Below, piece by piece: positions 49,001 to 59,557 of a stretch of DNA of 64,000 bases (its first letter is position 1; the number at the start of each line of letters is the position of its first letter). Source of the stretch: Convolutriloba macropyga (taxonomy: Eukaryota); the NCBI RefSeq assembly GCF_964194025.1, contig NC_134472.1, positions 62,496,001-62,560,000 of the forward strand. Reading direction: 5' to 3'. Under the pieces are notes generated by a model. It did not search any database, was not told the DNA's origin, and worked only from the letters and a program-made list of their open reading frames with translations. A program made the translations under genes and the position numbers.

Positions 49001-52000
49001 AGTCCTATATGGCCGAAACTTAGGCACCCCCCAAATATTATTGTTGTGCTCCCTTCTGCAAAGGTTACTTATGATCATGATTACGTACCTAGTACAATAC
49101 ATCAACAACCTCATTTGCAACATTTTTCAGGAAAATCAAAGTAGTAGACCCCTTTACAAAGCACGTAATTCCTAAAAACGCAATGAGAACAAGTTTTTGG
49201 TTGATGTTTACATTATACGCAGTTCGTTATTATTATGCACGTATTAATTTCGNNNNNNNNNNNNNNNNNNNNNNNNNNNNNNNNNNNNNNNNNNNNNNNN
49301 NNNNNNNNNNNNNNNNNNNNNNNNNNNNNNNNNNNNNNNNNNNNNNNNNNNNNNNNNNNNNNNNNNNNNNNNNNNNNNNNNNNNNNNNNNNNNNNNNNNN
49401 NNNNNNNNNNNNNNNNNNNNNNNNNNNNNNNNNNNNNNNNNNNNNNNNNNNNATAGTTTTACTAAAATTTCTCTAATTTAAACAATGGAATAAAACATTC
49501 ATAAAAACACACCTTGTTACGATTATTACTAGAAAAATTACCACTTAAATTTCAAGATATTTATCCTCCAATGTCTGCGTTTAATACCCTTGTAGTTTCT
49601 TCATCTTTTTTCCTACAGGCGGTTATTCAAACTGTTGCCCTCTCAACATGAGTGTTTGACTGTACCTTAATTGGGTAACAGCGTGACGTATTGAATGAAA
49701 CAAAAGAGAGAGAAAAAGCCAATTTACTATCTGAAATGGGACATTCAATTCGCACAAAACAGTCCCTGCTGTGTTTGTTCCTCTCTCTTCTAACTCCTTC
49801 TTGCGCTCCTTTTGTCTTTTATTACTCTCTTCTATACTCACTTATTTTTTGCAATCAAGAAAGAGGCCTAAAGAAAGAACCGCGTGCTGTTCTTTGATCT
49901 CTATTAGTTGAAAAGTAGATCATTTTCCTCTCTATCAGTTAGAGTAGACAAAAGAGACTAGCGCCGAGCAGTCTTGAATAAAAGGGCAGAAAGCAAACTT
50001 GAATTCAGTTTTATAAACTGAAGAGCGACTCCCATCAATGTTAAGTTGCATATTAATTTATAACCTGATCTTTGGTATTACCGAAGTCCTCTGAAAAATA
50101 AAAATTAGGCAACCTTTGATGAAAATATTTTGAGAAAAACATTGCCTAGCATTGAAAAACAATAAAAAACATTCCCCTACGCTACCCGGGTCGAGGTTTG
50201 GTGGTGAAATTTTCTAAGAGATGCAGTAAAATGCGGTGAAAAACAAATTTCACCGCGTATTTCTTACAATCTTTTTGCGGTAAATTATTTATTTTCACCG
50301 CGTTCTCAGTATTCTTACAAAAATGAAATTTGCTTACACGCACGCCTTCAACTTTTTATTCCACTGCTCCAACTGTCACTTAGTTCTTTGATCTTTCTTG
50401 TGAATTTAAATCAAATTCAGCAAACGTTGGAAAGCAACTGCGGTAAATTTTTGTGAGAAATGCGGAGAATTACGTTGTGATTTTTTTAAAGAAATGTGGG
50501 GAAATGCGGTGAATTATTTTTTTCACCGCATTCACCGCATTTCTTACATTAATTTGCCACAAAAGTTGATGCGGTGAATTTTTGTAAGGTAAATGCGGTA
50601 AACTTTGCGGTGAAACTTTGCAAAAAATGCGGTGAAAGGTGGTGAAACATGTTTTTTCAGCGCATTCACCGCAATCATCGCATTTCATACAAAAACTCAC
50701 CGCATTCACTGCTTTTCTTTCAAAAATTTACCCAAAAAACCTCGACCCGGTTAAAAACGAGGTATTGGTTATTTTTGCTGAGTAGAAAATCTTTGCTTTA
50801 AAGGAAATTCTCTTTTCCCAAGAGGATCTCAAAACTATGAAAAAAAGTATCGAGCATACAGATTCAGACTTAAACACAACTTATTAAATATTTCCTATCT
50901 ATTATGAAAACGAACTATACTCTGATCGGACAAAACGTAAATAAAAAGTATAAGAAATGCATCGCACAATTTACTTGATCATTGTTCAATTGTTTCATGT
51001 AAAACTCAGTATTAATTGCCTACCTCAGAAATATTCGCTTTTTTATTTTAGCAAAATACCACTTACGAATCTAAAAACATGGAGAAAAAATTTGTATGGA
51101 ATACTGGAAAAACATAAAAAGGAAACTTCGCAGTAGCTACTCCATTATAGATATACCATAAAGCAACAGAGATAAGGAGTTTCTTTCGTAAAACCAAAAT
51201 ATTTAAACGACCAATTCACGACTAGTAATACTCTTTCTTTTTCAAGAATAGCAAACTGATATTGATTTTTCTGGGAAAAATATTGCATAAGAACAAGTGA
51301 ACTCTGGATGATTTGTTCCCATGTTTCCGGCGTCAAAATTGTTCACTAATCTCTAAGAGGTACGGAAAATTTCCCCAAACAAGAAAACTGTCCACACTTT
51401 GTCAACTGAGAGATCATGGACAACTTCCACAAAAACCTGCTTCTTTAACTCATAGAACACTGTAAGAGCAATTACCACTCCACATGCATCCCATGTGTCA
51501 TACAAACGTTTCACTGCGCTTCTCAATGAAAACTGGGATCAATTTGAAAGCCTCTCGAGAAGCGTCAAAGCAGGTGCCAGACCTCCGGCGGATTGTCACC
51601 AGCCAGCTAGATACTTACATTTACACTTCGACGACAAGGTACCACTTATGTTACTTCTTATCTTACTGTATTCCATTGCCAGAAAACAAAAAAAACGACC
51701 TGGATAACGCATTAGAGCAAATGCACAACCACTAATCCGGACCAAGTCAACGTCAAAACTTTGAATTACACACACAGAGACAAAAATTTGATCCTTTAAA
51801 AGGGGGCAACTAGACGATTTCCGAACTGTCTTACAAAGTTTTGAAATTTGTTTTTAGTCGATTATATCGTAGCCAGAATTGAGCATAACGACGAGAGGGG
51901 CATACATGTCCGTGACACATTTATACAGGGATATTCCCCGCGAACACAAAAAACATATCCTCAGAGAAAAAGACAGAAATAACTACGTACAATTATCAGA

Positions 52001-55000
52001 AGACGAAACAAATCAGGAACCATATTATAATACGGTCTTGCATGTACCAATAACGCCGCTTTCAGCCAAGCATTTGAGAAATTCATGGCTGTAGAAATAG
52101 CCGCATCAGTTTCACAAGGATCACCACCAAAATGGATTAATAACAATCTAAACAAGTCTAATAAAGCTTTTACCGTCAAAAAAAGAAACAACACAGCATA
52201 TGCCCCTCTATCGAGGAAGAGAAAGAACGTCAAGCTCAAGAAGGCTACACAACAACGAAAGTCTCGTTCTCCAACGCCAACAAAAAACTTTTAAATGGTA
52301 TACAATAGTCAATAGCAAAGCAAAGTGACTGCACTGATTGGCAAGCACTCCATCATTAAGCCAGACCGCCGTTTAAATAGCAGTAAAAAAACTGAATAAC
52401 CTGCATGCTATTGTACAAAATATTTTCTACTGTACAACCAGCTGAAAAGGAATTGTTCTCTTGATTCTCTTTCTATTACGCAGAATCGCTATGAAAGCCA
52501 GTGCTGATACCGGAACAATAAGTCCCCGCACCAACAAAATCAGACGTTACTGTTTCCACAGCACCTCTGCAACAATCCCAAATGTTTTTCATGACCTACT
52601 TAGATCTCAAAATTAAACAAAATGAGCTCAAAGATGGCTTTATGGTTTTCGTCAAAAGTGTCTGGAATTTTGTTTGGACTTCCCTGCATCGACAAATATG
52701 AAATAACAATCCACACTCATACCGTCTATCTACACATTCTTGATTTTAAATTTTAGCTGAATTTGAACCTGAAATCAAATGGACTCGGTTACAAGCGAAA
52801 AGTTCTTTTGAGAAAAAAACCACTGGGATTCACGTCCAAAGAAACTAATCGAACTGACGCCCTATAAAACAGTGGAAACAGAAGATTAAAATGGAATATA
52901 AGATATTGCAATCAAATTCGAGACATCGGAGTTTCCCTCACAGCACACAAGAGAGAAGATTGAAAAATCAAATCAATTTATGACTGTCAACACAGTGGAT
53001 GCAGCAATCGCAGACGAGCAAAATATGTTACTTGCCACTTTCAAAAAAATAAGATCTGAACAAGCTCGCGACAGTAACCCAGCAGAATCAAAGTTACTAA
53101 AAAGGGATAAGGCAACAAACAAAAATATCGAAACACAGAGTAGCAAAAGAGCAAACAACTCAACTAATAAAAAACTACAACACCAAATTTGATTTCCAAA
53201 CAGTAGACAACTAAAGACCTCTCTGAACTCTCCGGACTAGAAGAACGAATTCACGACGAGCTCATCCGTTTCAAAAATGCGAGTCCATCCACCTACTGAA
53301 TAAAGCTGAGGGCAACAAAACTTTTTCGGAGGTGTTTAGCCGGCACAAAAAGTCATCGGAATTGAACAAACGAAAAAGAATAGGAAAAACTATTGGAATC
53401 CAATTGCATCGTCAAGAGGCATCTCCTTGAATTTGAATAAAACTTCAATTTCTCACTAAAATTTACAACCGGCACTAACAAAAAAGTATACTTGAACAAT
53501 CAAAGAGTTCTCAAGGGCGATCTCAAGAACGATTTTTTTCAAGGACAATCTCGGCCCTGAAGAACCTGACTTACTACATTCTAGTGGCTTGATCACCACA
53601 CTACATCTCAGTAGAAGCTCATCTCCAATTTTTACCAAACCGCAATTAAACTGATAGAACTTCTTAAAATCGATCACCCAATACGGAATGTCTACTGCAG
53701 CAACATATTGTCAATAGCAACCCTTGCTACCGCAGGAGGCCACCATGAAAAAAAAATTCTGCGAAAAGCGTGAAAGGCTCATATACTAATCACTGCCACT
53801 GGCAACCAACAGTCATTACTCTTGATGACCTTTAATTTCGCATCGCGATTAAATGCAGTCAAAAGGCCAGCTTAAAGGCTGAGCAGAAAAAATGTCTGTG
53901 CTATCAGATCATTCGTGGGACAAAGCCTGGACCACGTAATCCCCAATGACAAGTCTTTTCAATGCGTCTAGGACTTTGGTGTAGAAGCTCATGGCCTCCA
54001 ACTTTTTCAGCAAGAAAAGTCAGCAATCTTTACCTGTGTTATTGAATGCGGAAGGAACCTACCTAAACACACGAAAATGCTCCTTTGGTCTCCGGAAAAT
54101 TCAGTCCTTGGAAAAGACTGGCTTTTAGGTGTTTAAGGATCTTTTATACAAGAGCTCAAGGAGATCTGCTTCCCTTCTATAGTTTACTGATGAAGAGAAA
54201 GCTCTATAGATAACAGTATTTGAAACAAAAAAGAACGCAAAAAAGACAAATAGTCACACAGGATCTACAATCAGCTTGCAAAATTGCTATGACAACCAAG
54301 AAGCAACCAAAAGATGTCACTATGGTCGAGGCATCTTTTCATGTTGCCAGTTTTGCACTAGCTATAGATGACTACACTAAAACAGCAAAAGAAACAACTA
54401 AAAGCTAAATATGCTCCTATGAGGTTTGACTCACGTATTTTCAAAAGGAGCCAATCGGAGATAAGAATTTGCTGCCAAACACTTCATCCGTGATACATTT
54501 GCAAATAATTTTTCCGGGATATGCGAAAAACCAGTACTAATTCTGACTGATAACAGAGGCCTCGCAAAGTTTTTCGAAACAAAGATATTCCCACCAACGC
54601 GTTGGAACGCATTGGATCATGTCCTGATCTTTGACATCACAATGGGACATATCTCCGGAAAAGCCAGCTTAGCTACAAAATACATTTCCGGGATACACTT
54701 CAACCCAAAGGAGGAAGAAACGCTGCAAAAATTTGAAGATACCTATCAGCAAAATCCAATTCGGCACCACCGTTTATGCCCTGGACAATTGAATGAGCAA
54801 ATGTTTAGAGGGAATATCTGACGATAACAACACTAGGACGAACTATGTTTTTCGAACCAAAAAGTAAAAAAAATCAATAATCGATGACGAGGTCCACATT
54901 CAGCAAGAAAACAACGCACCTCCAATCATATATGAAATTAGTCCAAAGGAAGTCTTCGATACAGACGGACATTCGCCCTTAATCCTACCAGCTGAATAAC

Positions 55001-58000
55001 TAAAAAGACCCCGGCTTCAAATAAGTGATTGTGTTGTTTGGAAGAGACCCACCAACAACCAGCCATTTTTGTCAACAAAATTGAAAAAGTATCCGAAATA
55101 TAATATATTGCTAAGTTTGATGATGTGCTGCATAAAATACTTTACCATCATACAGGCGGAGTTTTACCAAACAAAACTGTGATCCTTTTCATTTGCGAAA
55201 TTGAGTTATTTTCGGCATTTACAACAGCGTATAGAGCGGACATGGAAAAGAGTCGAGAACCATCCCCGATTTTGAACGCTTTTCTCCCAATTTCACAGAA
55301 GCGCACTCGACACTTAATACATTTTTATTATCGAAAATAGATGTCTTCTAGGAACATTTATTTGCGATGCCTCAAACACCAACGCTTGCAAAACTTATTT
55401 ACCTTTTCTTTCAAAAAATTTTTTTGAAACTCTTTTATGTACTCCCAAGCTGTTACCAGAAACACGCTTTCAGACATAGTCAAAACCACATGGCTACAAA
55501 GAGAGGCGTGACAGAAAACGCTTGAATTTTTAGATACCCAAGACTAGCTATTTCTTCTTTGCTAACTTGCATTAGGCTCTCGCTCAATCAAGTCCAAAAA
55601 ATCACTGATGTGCTTCCGGGACAATATCAAAAGCCCTCAATGTCTTTTAAAATCATCAGACTAAAAAAGCAGTGTTTCCTGTTGTAGTTCAATATAACTA
55701 ATCACCCTCAACTCCAATCGAATTTTCTTTCATATTAAAGGTCCAGCCCATTGAAGCGACCGACCAAGCCGTGATATGGGTACAGAATGGTACGGATTCG
55801 CAAAATCTGTTCATTAGCAGATAAGAACAATTTGATAATCAGACTCATACTAAAATTATTCTAACAACTTTATTCAGGCTGCTACAAAAGTCATCAGTAA
55901 GTCTAACTATCAAGCGGAATCTAGGCCAAACTTTTTTCCGCACTAAATCCCTGCCCATAAATTACTAAATTTAGCTTTAACTGTTGCAATTTAATTACTT
56001 CTATGCCATCCAAAGTTCGCATTTTTTTCTAAACAACTTCTGAAAGAAAACTCGACTCTTAATACATTTACTTCAAAAACTAAATCAAACTGAACAAATT
56101 TATTCTATGTCGAGTGTTCTCACAGTCAATTAAAACTCTCACACAAAACGCCTGCAAAATTTGGTCTTATAAACAATATAAAGCTTATCAGACATTCCAA
56201 TGAATTGCATTGGGATTATGTATTAGAAGATTTTACAGTCAACAGTTGTCGGGTCACACTAAATTTCCCTGAAATATAACAATCTAAATCGTTGATCTAG
56301 TAAAAACAAGGCTTCAGTCTATTGACGAAACAAACGTCTTTTGAGAGCTCAGCTTTGAATTGAGTGGAACAAAATATGACCCCTAAACCAACTCCAAGAC
56401 TAAAATATAAGGAACAAATTCACAAATTACAAATCCAACTTTTTATATATTAAAAGGAACAGGAGACCTTTAACTAAAAACACCGATTCTCGTCAACCCA
56501 CCTCATTTTTGGTCAAATAATTCTCACTGAGCGCAGAAAACAGGAAAGACACCATGGCACCATATCCAATACTTTCAATAACTACAAAAACTTCATCAAA
56601 ATTTCTGAATTCTTACTGCTAAATATCTCCATTACACTACAACTAATGAAGGAACACCAATCTACCAAAAGCGTCAGCTTTTTATAATCTAGACTGAAAA
56701 TGCTGCAATGATTATTTGAATTGACAATCTAATCCCTGGTGCTCCAGACTCCCCTAGCCACAAGCATCACACAGAGTGCCGAAAAGGAACAAAACCAACA
56801 TAATCGCCCTCAATTTTAAAAGCGCCATCGTTTCGACAAAAAATAAACAGGGAACCATTCCTTTGAACTTGATCACAACAAAAATATGTCAACAAGATCC
56901 AACACAAAGAGCCAAATGTTCCTTTTTTCCTCATTGAAAAACTTAACAAAATTCAAACAAAGACTCAAATTCATGCCTGAATGAGTTTTTCAACCAACAA
57001 AAAGTACTGCTCTCTTATAGGACAAAAATTTTGATAAAAAATATAAAAAATAATTGAATCGAACAATATTTTCATTTACCGTTAAATTTGATTCTTTTAA
57101 TTTTCAGTTCATTTTAAGTACTTCAGAACTTATGAGCTCTCCTCGTATTAGCAGAACACCAGACACTTAGGAATCTAAACAGTTGAAAAATTTTTGTAAA
57201 AAGAAATGTATTTGTGTCCATTTCTATTGGAAACCCTTAACTTATGGAGGAAATTTCCCAGCAATTCACACAGTACCGAGTAACCATATGGTGACATAGA
57301 TCATGAGGGTTCTTCTGGAAAAATCAAGAACTCTTAACGAAACAAAGTTAAGACAGTTGAAACACTCAAAAAGAAAATTACTTTCTTTGAAAAAGGCCAA
57401 AATGTTGTTGATTCCTCTGGAAAGATTATCAGAGAAAAAGAAACCTTTTTCCAAAAAACCAATTTTTCCCCTGATGTTCAAGAGGTAAGGATTTTTCATT
57501 ACCAGACACAATGGCTAAAACTTGATAAAACTTAAACTTCCAGATGTTGACGTACACAAGCTTATCGAGGCTTGTACCACACAAATGCAAACTGTTAAAA
57601 CTTGCCAATTTTGTCAGTTGAAAGTTAATAAAAAGGTCCACAAGAATTGTTCCTTTCATCCATAGGACTTTCTAATTCGACGACTCGATTTTCTAACTGA
57701 CTTTAGTGGCTTGCAAGCAAACTTTGGAATTGATGCTGGAGCAGGGATTGACACTAACGATGAGAGAGTGTACAATGAGCATCGTTGTGGAAAAATTAAA
57801 ACTGGGCAAACCAAAATCAGGGAATTTGTACAGGGAATGCCGTACAAGTGAAGTTCTCACCAAATAATTAGTTAATATCTGGGTAAATGTCCGATGCTCC
57901 ACTATCAAAAAAGATTCTCAATAGACCATCTAGTTCCGGGGCCAGCTAATACTACAGTCATGTACACATTTGCAAACACCAATAGCCCTGCATTCACTCA

Positions 58001-59557
58001 AACAAATGAAAATATAATGGCAGCAGGCACAGCTTCAACTCAAGCACCAGTTTTGTCTAGTGGAAAATTGGTCTTTGCATATAAACGTAACATTTTATCA
58101 AAAAGAAAAACTCTTTAAGTGTACACTATCTTTATCCAATTATATCGCCTTTTATTTCAAAAAAATTGCTTTTCTTAACGTATCCTTATTTTTGTCGTGT
58201 ACAAAGTGGACAATGTCGCCGTTTTAAAAAAAAATGCATGCTATTGCACTTTATTGGAAGATTTGCAACCTTCTCTAGTTTTCCGACACTAACCATCCAT
58301 CTGAAACATTTTAGACAAATACATTTTTTATTTGAAAAACTTATCTGAAAAGCGATATGTTTGCATCAAAAATTGTTGGAAAACAGGGCATTTTGTTTCA
58401 AATGTAAGATCCTTCATTCAAAAGATTAGAACTAAAATGACAAAACAACTTATTTTTTTAGAAAAAACTGTGTAATGAAAAATTGAAGAAAAAAAATATG
58501 AAAAATACTATTCAAACTGAAAAATTTTAGGATTAGAGACAATCTTTAAACTGGTTTTCAAAAAAAATGAAAAATTGGTTTATATAAAAAAAAAACAAAT
58601 GAAAAAGCAAACAAAAATCAAAGGAGATGTTTTGTCTTGCGACTTTGCTTAAGTTAATGCAATGGTTGCTGCTAATTGCGCATTGAGGTGGAACTGGACT
58701 GTGGCGGAATAGAATTGACTGAGTTGCTATATTCGTACAACATTTGGCTGATTTTTCGGCGCATACTTGAAAAATGAGTTAAAGGCCCGCATCTTTTAGC
58801 GTTGAATGCAGTGAATATTTGTGAGATTTGTGGTTTTTAGCGTTGAAATTTTTTTTCACCGCATTCACCGGTTTTCTTGGACAGCTCTCACCTCCTGCAT
58901 GTTAACAACTTCTTATTCCACTGCTCCATCTGTCACTTACTTCAATGATATTTCCTGTGAATTTAAGATAAGCGTTGAAATTAGCGGTGAATATGTGTGA
59001 TTTGCGAATTTAGATTTGCAATTTTATGGGTGAAATTTTTTGCACCGCAATTTGCTGGTAGGGGTGAAAATTTTCTCGCGTTGAGAGCAAATCTTACACT
59101 TTTTACTCAAATTCACCGCAAATCTTACATCTGTTAACGATTCTTAGCGGTGACACCTCGACCCGGGTACAAACCCCCCCCCCCCCCCCCCCCCCCACTT
59201 CATGCTCACTGTATAACACCATGATTCTTACTCAACGTTTACATCAATTGTGCAACCAATTTAGGAGAAAGAAAAATTCGTTCATAACCCGGTGATTTCA
59301 GACAGATGGCCAAGAGTGATTTAATGCAATAAGAAGTTAAAGATAGAGGGCTTTATTTCACATTTTGCTCATGAAAAATTATCTAAAAGTGAAACTTACA
59401 CAGTGACATGGTAAGTGATGGACAGGAATCCCTGTGGTCTCTCTAGGAACGTATAGACTGCATTCTGCATACTCCTGTATCTAGTGTTGTACTTGGACTG
59501 TCTCCTCACATATCCCTCCCGCACTCTCCTCCCCATAAGGTTCAATTCCATGTCCAT
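744..59557 (-). CDS. KCNQ: KCNQ (Kv7) family voltage-gated potassium channel, 14 coding exons, 845 aa: join(59557..59400,42483..42284,41808..41645,29939..29813,27828..27650,26671..26435,19887..19777,11208..11113,8701..8520,8042..7771,6939..6796,6497..6302,4260..4049,1003..744)
   Basis: The spliced translation has the KCNQ hallmarks in order: [16 protein letters not shown]4 [29 protein letters not shown]5 [52 protein letters not shown], helix [11 protein letters not shown], helix [14 protein letters not shown], helix D coiled coil. All 13 introns are GT-AG, phases match, and the exon lengths sum to 2538 nt. Confidence 0.93.
4049..4260 (-). CDS. KCNQ: KCNQ exon 13 (helix D tetramerisation coiled coil)
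   Basis: [13 protein letters not shown]...[24 protein letters not shown]...SSSEDE; acceptor tccag, donor gtatgc. Confidence 0.85.
6302..6497 (-). CDS. KCNQ: KCNQ exon 12 (helices B and C)
   Basis: [65 protein letters not shown](K); acceptor ttcag, donor gttaga. Confidence 0.92.
6796..6939 (-). CDS. KCNQ: KCNQ exon 11 (A-B linker with RKGS and RKNS basophilic kinase motifs)
   Basis: The phase-1 reading is [48 protein letters not shown], a different frame from the listed 6712..6924 ORF; acceptor ttcag, donor gttagt. Confidence 0.78.
7771..8042 (-). CDS. KCNQ: KCNQ exon 10 (His/Asn-rich A-B linker)
   Basis: [35 protein letters not shown]...QLHP; GC-rich island; phases 2/1 fit both neighbours; acceptor tatag, donor gtagta. 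Confidence 0.78.
8520..8701 (-). CDS. KCNQ: KCNQ exon 9 (helix A IQ-like motif, TW motif)
   Basis: [22 protein letters not shown]...; acceptor tatag, donor gtaagc. Confidence 0.9.
9205..10333. repeat. Decayed MITE-like repeat with AATCTTACAAGA sub-terminal motifs and an internal duplication
   Basis: 9329-9584 resembles 10035-10233; ends CCTCGACCAGGG, similar to the TIR of the 50185 family. Confidence 0.6.
10795..11040. repeat. Degenerate ~33-bp minisatellite (GTCGACCAATATTTGGG-like units), preceded by a CAAGAC-rich tract at 10660-10780
   Basis: About six recognisable diverged units. Confidence 0.5.
11113..11208 (-). CDS. KCNQ: KCNQ exon 8 (S6 end, pre-helix A)
   Basis: [32 protein letters not shown]; acceptor gatag, donor gttaga; 96 nt. 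Missing from the ORF track. Confidence 0.95.
12560..13150 (-). pseudogene. Old CR1/L2-like LINE fragment (RT C-terminal region)
   Basis: [14 protein letters not shown]...[10 protein letters not shown] matches the LKLNxxKTE...VKNLG pattern that follows the YADD motif. Boundaries uncertain. Confidence 0.6.
13600..13662 (-). mobile_element. tRNA-derived SINE-like head or tRNA pseudogene
   Basis: Minus strand has A-box-like TGGTCCAGTG and B-box-like GCTTCGAGCCC, ending CACCA and followed by a T-rich tract; no intact cloverleaf. Confidence 0.5.
14042..14167 (-). other. Two tandem related stem-loops in the LINE 3' UTR
   Basis: 14042-14086 has an 11-bp perfect stem and 14123-14165 an imperfect one; both enclose the near-identical CCCCGrATT..CTAArCGAGCGGCTGGC. 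Confidence 0.75.
14190..17481 (-). pseudogene. LINE ORF2 (AP endonuclease plus reverse transcriptase), multiple stops and frameshifts
   Basis: [16 protein letters not shown] at 17481; GSDH (16634..16927 ORF); [48 protein letters not shown]; possible C-terminal Cys/His motif near 14200-14240. Confidence 0.9.
17670..18620 (-). pseudogene. LINE ORF1 (gag-like nucleic-acid-binding protein); C-terminus probably frameshifted
   Basis: [45 protein letters not shown]; first Met at 18620. Confidence 0.88.
18883..18967 (-). ncRNA. Candidate degenerate HDV-like self-cleaving ribozyme at the LINE 5' end
   Basis: P1 GGUGAU/AUUACC; P3 ACC-UCCUCA-GGU; P4 GUACA/UGAAC with one mismatch; J4/2 GCUAA; distal P2 GUUACU/AGUAAC. 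Proximal P2 pairs poorly. Confidence 0.35.
19065..19575. repeat. Diverged ~135-bp direct repeat (19065-19197 and 19443-19575)
   Basis: Both copies read AACTAACCGCATTrTCTCGTTTTGTTTTTGATCCGGGTCCAC...AAGAGTTGTGTTGAAAAC. Confidence 0.9.
19777..19887 (-). CDS. KCNQ: KCNQ exon 7 (selectivity filter, S6)
   Basis: [37 protein letters not shown]; acceptor ttgag, donor gttagt; 111 nt. Missing from the ORF track. Confidence 0.95.
25210..26210. repeat. Decayed MITE-like element with CGTAGTACGGC / CTTACTAAG motifs in inverted arrangement
   Basis: Motif clusters at 25230-25320 and 26075-26205 are partly reverse-complementary. Confidence 0.45.
26435..26671 (-). CDS. KCNQ: KCNQ exon 6 (S5, expanded turret, pore helix)
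   Basis: [25 protein letters not shown]...[14 protein letters not shown]; acceptor ttcag, donor gtaagt; 237 nt. Confidence 0.95.
27008..27479. repeat. Perfect long inverted repeat: 229-bp arms (27008-27236, 27251-27479), 14-nt spacer
   Basis: The arms read as exact reverse complements. Confidence 0.96.
27491..27582. repeat. Minisatellite, 4 x 23 bp ATTTTTAGGGTTGGTCATCAAAA
   Basis: Direct reading; the fourth copy has one substitution. Confidence 0.95.
27650..27828 (-). CDS. KCNQ: KCNQ exon 5 (S3, S4, S4-S5 linker)
   Basis: [60 protein letters not shown]; acceptor ttcag, donor gttatc. Confidence 0.95.
29813..29939 (-). CDS. KCNQ: KCNQ exon 4 (S2, S2-S3 linker)
   Basis: [42 protein letters not shown]; acceptor ctatag, donor gtcaga; 127 nt. 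Confidence 0.93.
30968..31420 (-). repeat. 3' LTR of BEL/Pao element (453 bp)
   Basis: Matches the 5' LTR; preceded on the minus strand by the purine-rich GGGCCGGAGGA; the integrase stop codon (31408) lies inside the LTR. Confidence 0.96.
31408..38245 (-). pseudogene. BEL/Pao gag-pol polyprotein, broken by two in-frame stops (37985, 35454) and two frameshifts (~36460, ~32880)
   Basis: Gag core [16 protein letters not shown]...LERKFG; three Cys/His knuckles ([42 protein letters not shown]); protease LCDTAC; [25 protein letters not shown]; RNase [22 protein letters not shown]; integrase H..H/C..C, GVDYFGP, SDNGTNF, GIWERLV. Confidence 0.95.
31421..31431 (-). promoter_or_regulatory. Polypurine tract of BEL/Pao element
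   Basis: GGGCCGGAGGA directly abuts the TG of the 3' LTR. Confidence 0.75.
38806..39331 (-). repeat. Array of four conserved ~39-nt repeats (31-nt cores at 38814, 38983, 39141, 39301) with diverged spacers, in the BEL/Pao 5' leader
   Basis: Core AACTCCAGAATAAACTTAAGTCACACCCTAG with 0-1 mismatch per copy; periods 169, 158 and 160 nt. Confidence 0.95.
40581..40596 (-). promoter_or_regulatory. Primer binding site of BEL/Pao element (tRNA-His-like, TGG changed to TAG)
   Basis: TAGTGCCGCTCCCGGC lies 1 nt after the 5' LTR; its first 8 nt resemble TGGTGCCG, the complement of the eukaryotic tRNA-His 3' end. Confidence 0.55.
40598..41048 (-). repeat. 5' LTR of BEL/Pao element (451 bp)
   Basis: Direct repeat of 30968-31420; I counted about 6 substitutions and one 2-bp indel; minus strand TGTTAGT...GTTAATA. 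Confidence 0.96.
41645..41808 (-). CDS. KCNQ: KCNQ exon 3 (acidic half of S1-S2 loop, start of S2)
   Basis: tgtag|TG TCC gives [15 protein letters not shown]...[12 protein letters not shown]; donor gtgaga; restores phase 0 into exon 4. Confidence 0.82.
42284..42483 (-). CDS. KCNQ: KCNQ exon 2 (S1 and first half of expanded S1-S2 loop)
   Basis: tttag|A TTT GCC gives [26 protein letters not shown]...PSQGT; donor G|gtaata; phase 2 in, phase 1 out. Confidence 0.85.
49253..49452. other. Assembly gap (200 N) within KCNQ intron 1
   Basis: Run of N. Confidence 1.
50185..50751. mobile_element. MITE-like non-autonomous DNA transposon with TA target duplication
   Basis: TIRs CCCGGGTCGAGGTTT / AAACCTCGACCCGG(T), TA on both sides, many internal TGCGGTGAA/TTCACCGCA motifs. 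Confidence 0.85.
51400..55900 (+). mobile_element. Highly decayed Ty3/Gypsy-like LTR retrotransposon internal region, antisense to KCNQ, in intron 1
   Basis: Fragments in the expected order: gag-like ~51500-51850; protease ADTG at 52503-52514; RT-like SSPIF near 53620; RNase H-like [12 protein letters not shown] (~54325) and LTDNRGL...[29 protein letters not shown] (54543-54690). LTRs not found. Confidence 0.7.
58790..59167. mobile_element. Truncated second copy of the same MITE family
   Basis: Ends ACCTCGACCCGGG-TA; shares the internal TTATTCCACTGCTCCA.CTGTCACTTA segment and GCGGTGAA motifs with 50185-50751. Confidence 0.75.
59400..59557 (-). CDS. KCNQ: KCNQ coding exon 1 (N-terminus, S0, start of S1)
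   Basis: [52 protein letters not shown](V); donor GT|gtaagt, phase 2; in-frame TGA 10 codons upstream of the ATG. Missing from the ORF track because it is short. Confidence 0.88.

Noticed and set aside
49183-49476. ORFs spanning the N run
   Set aside because: Artefacts of the assembly gap.
59174-59196. Poly-C run (also poly-G at ~23927-23938) as a regulatory G-quadruplex
   Set aside because: Simple homopolymers next to MITE-like ends; length unreliable and no other support.
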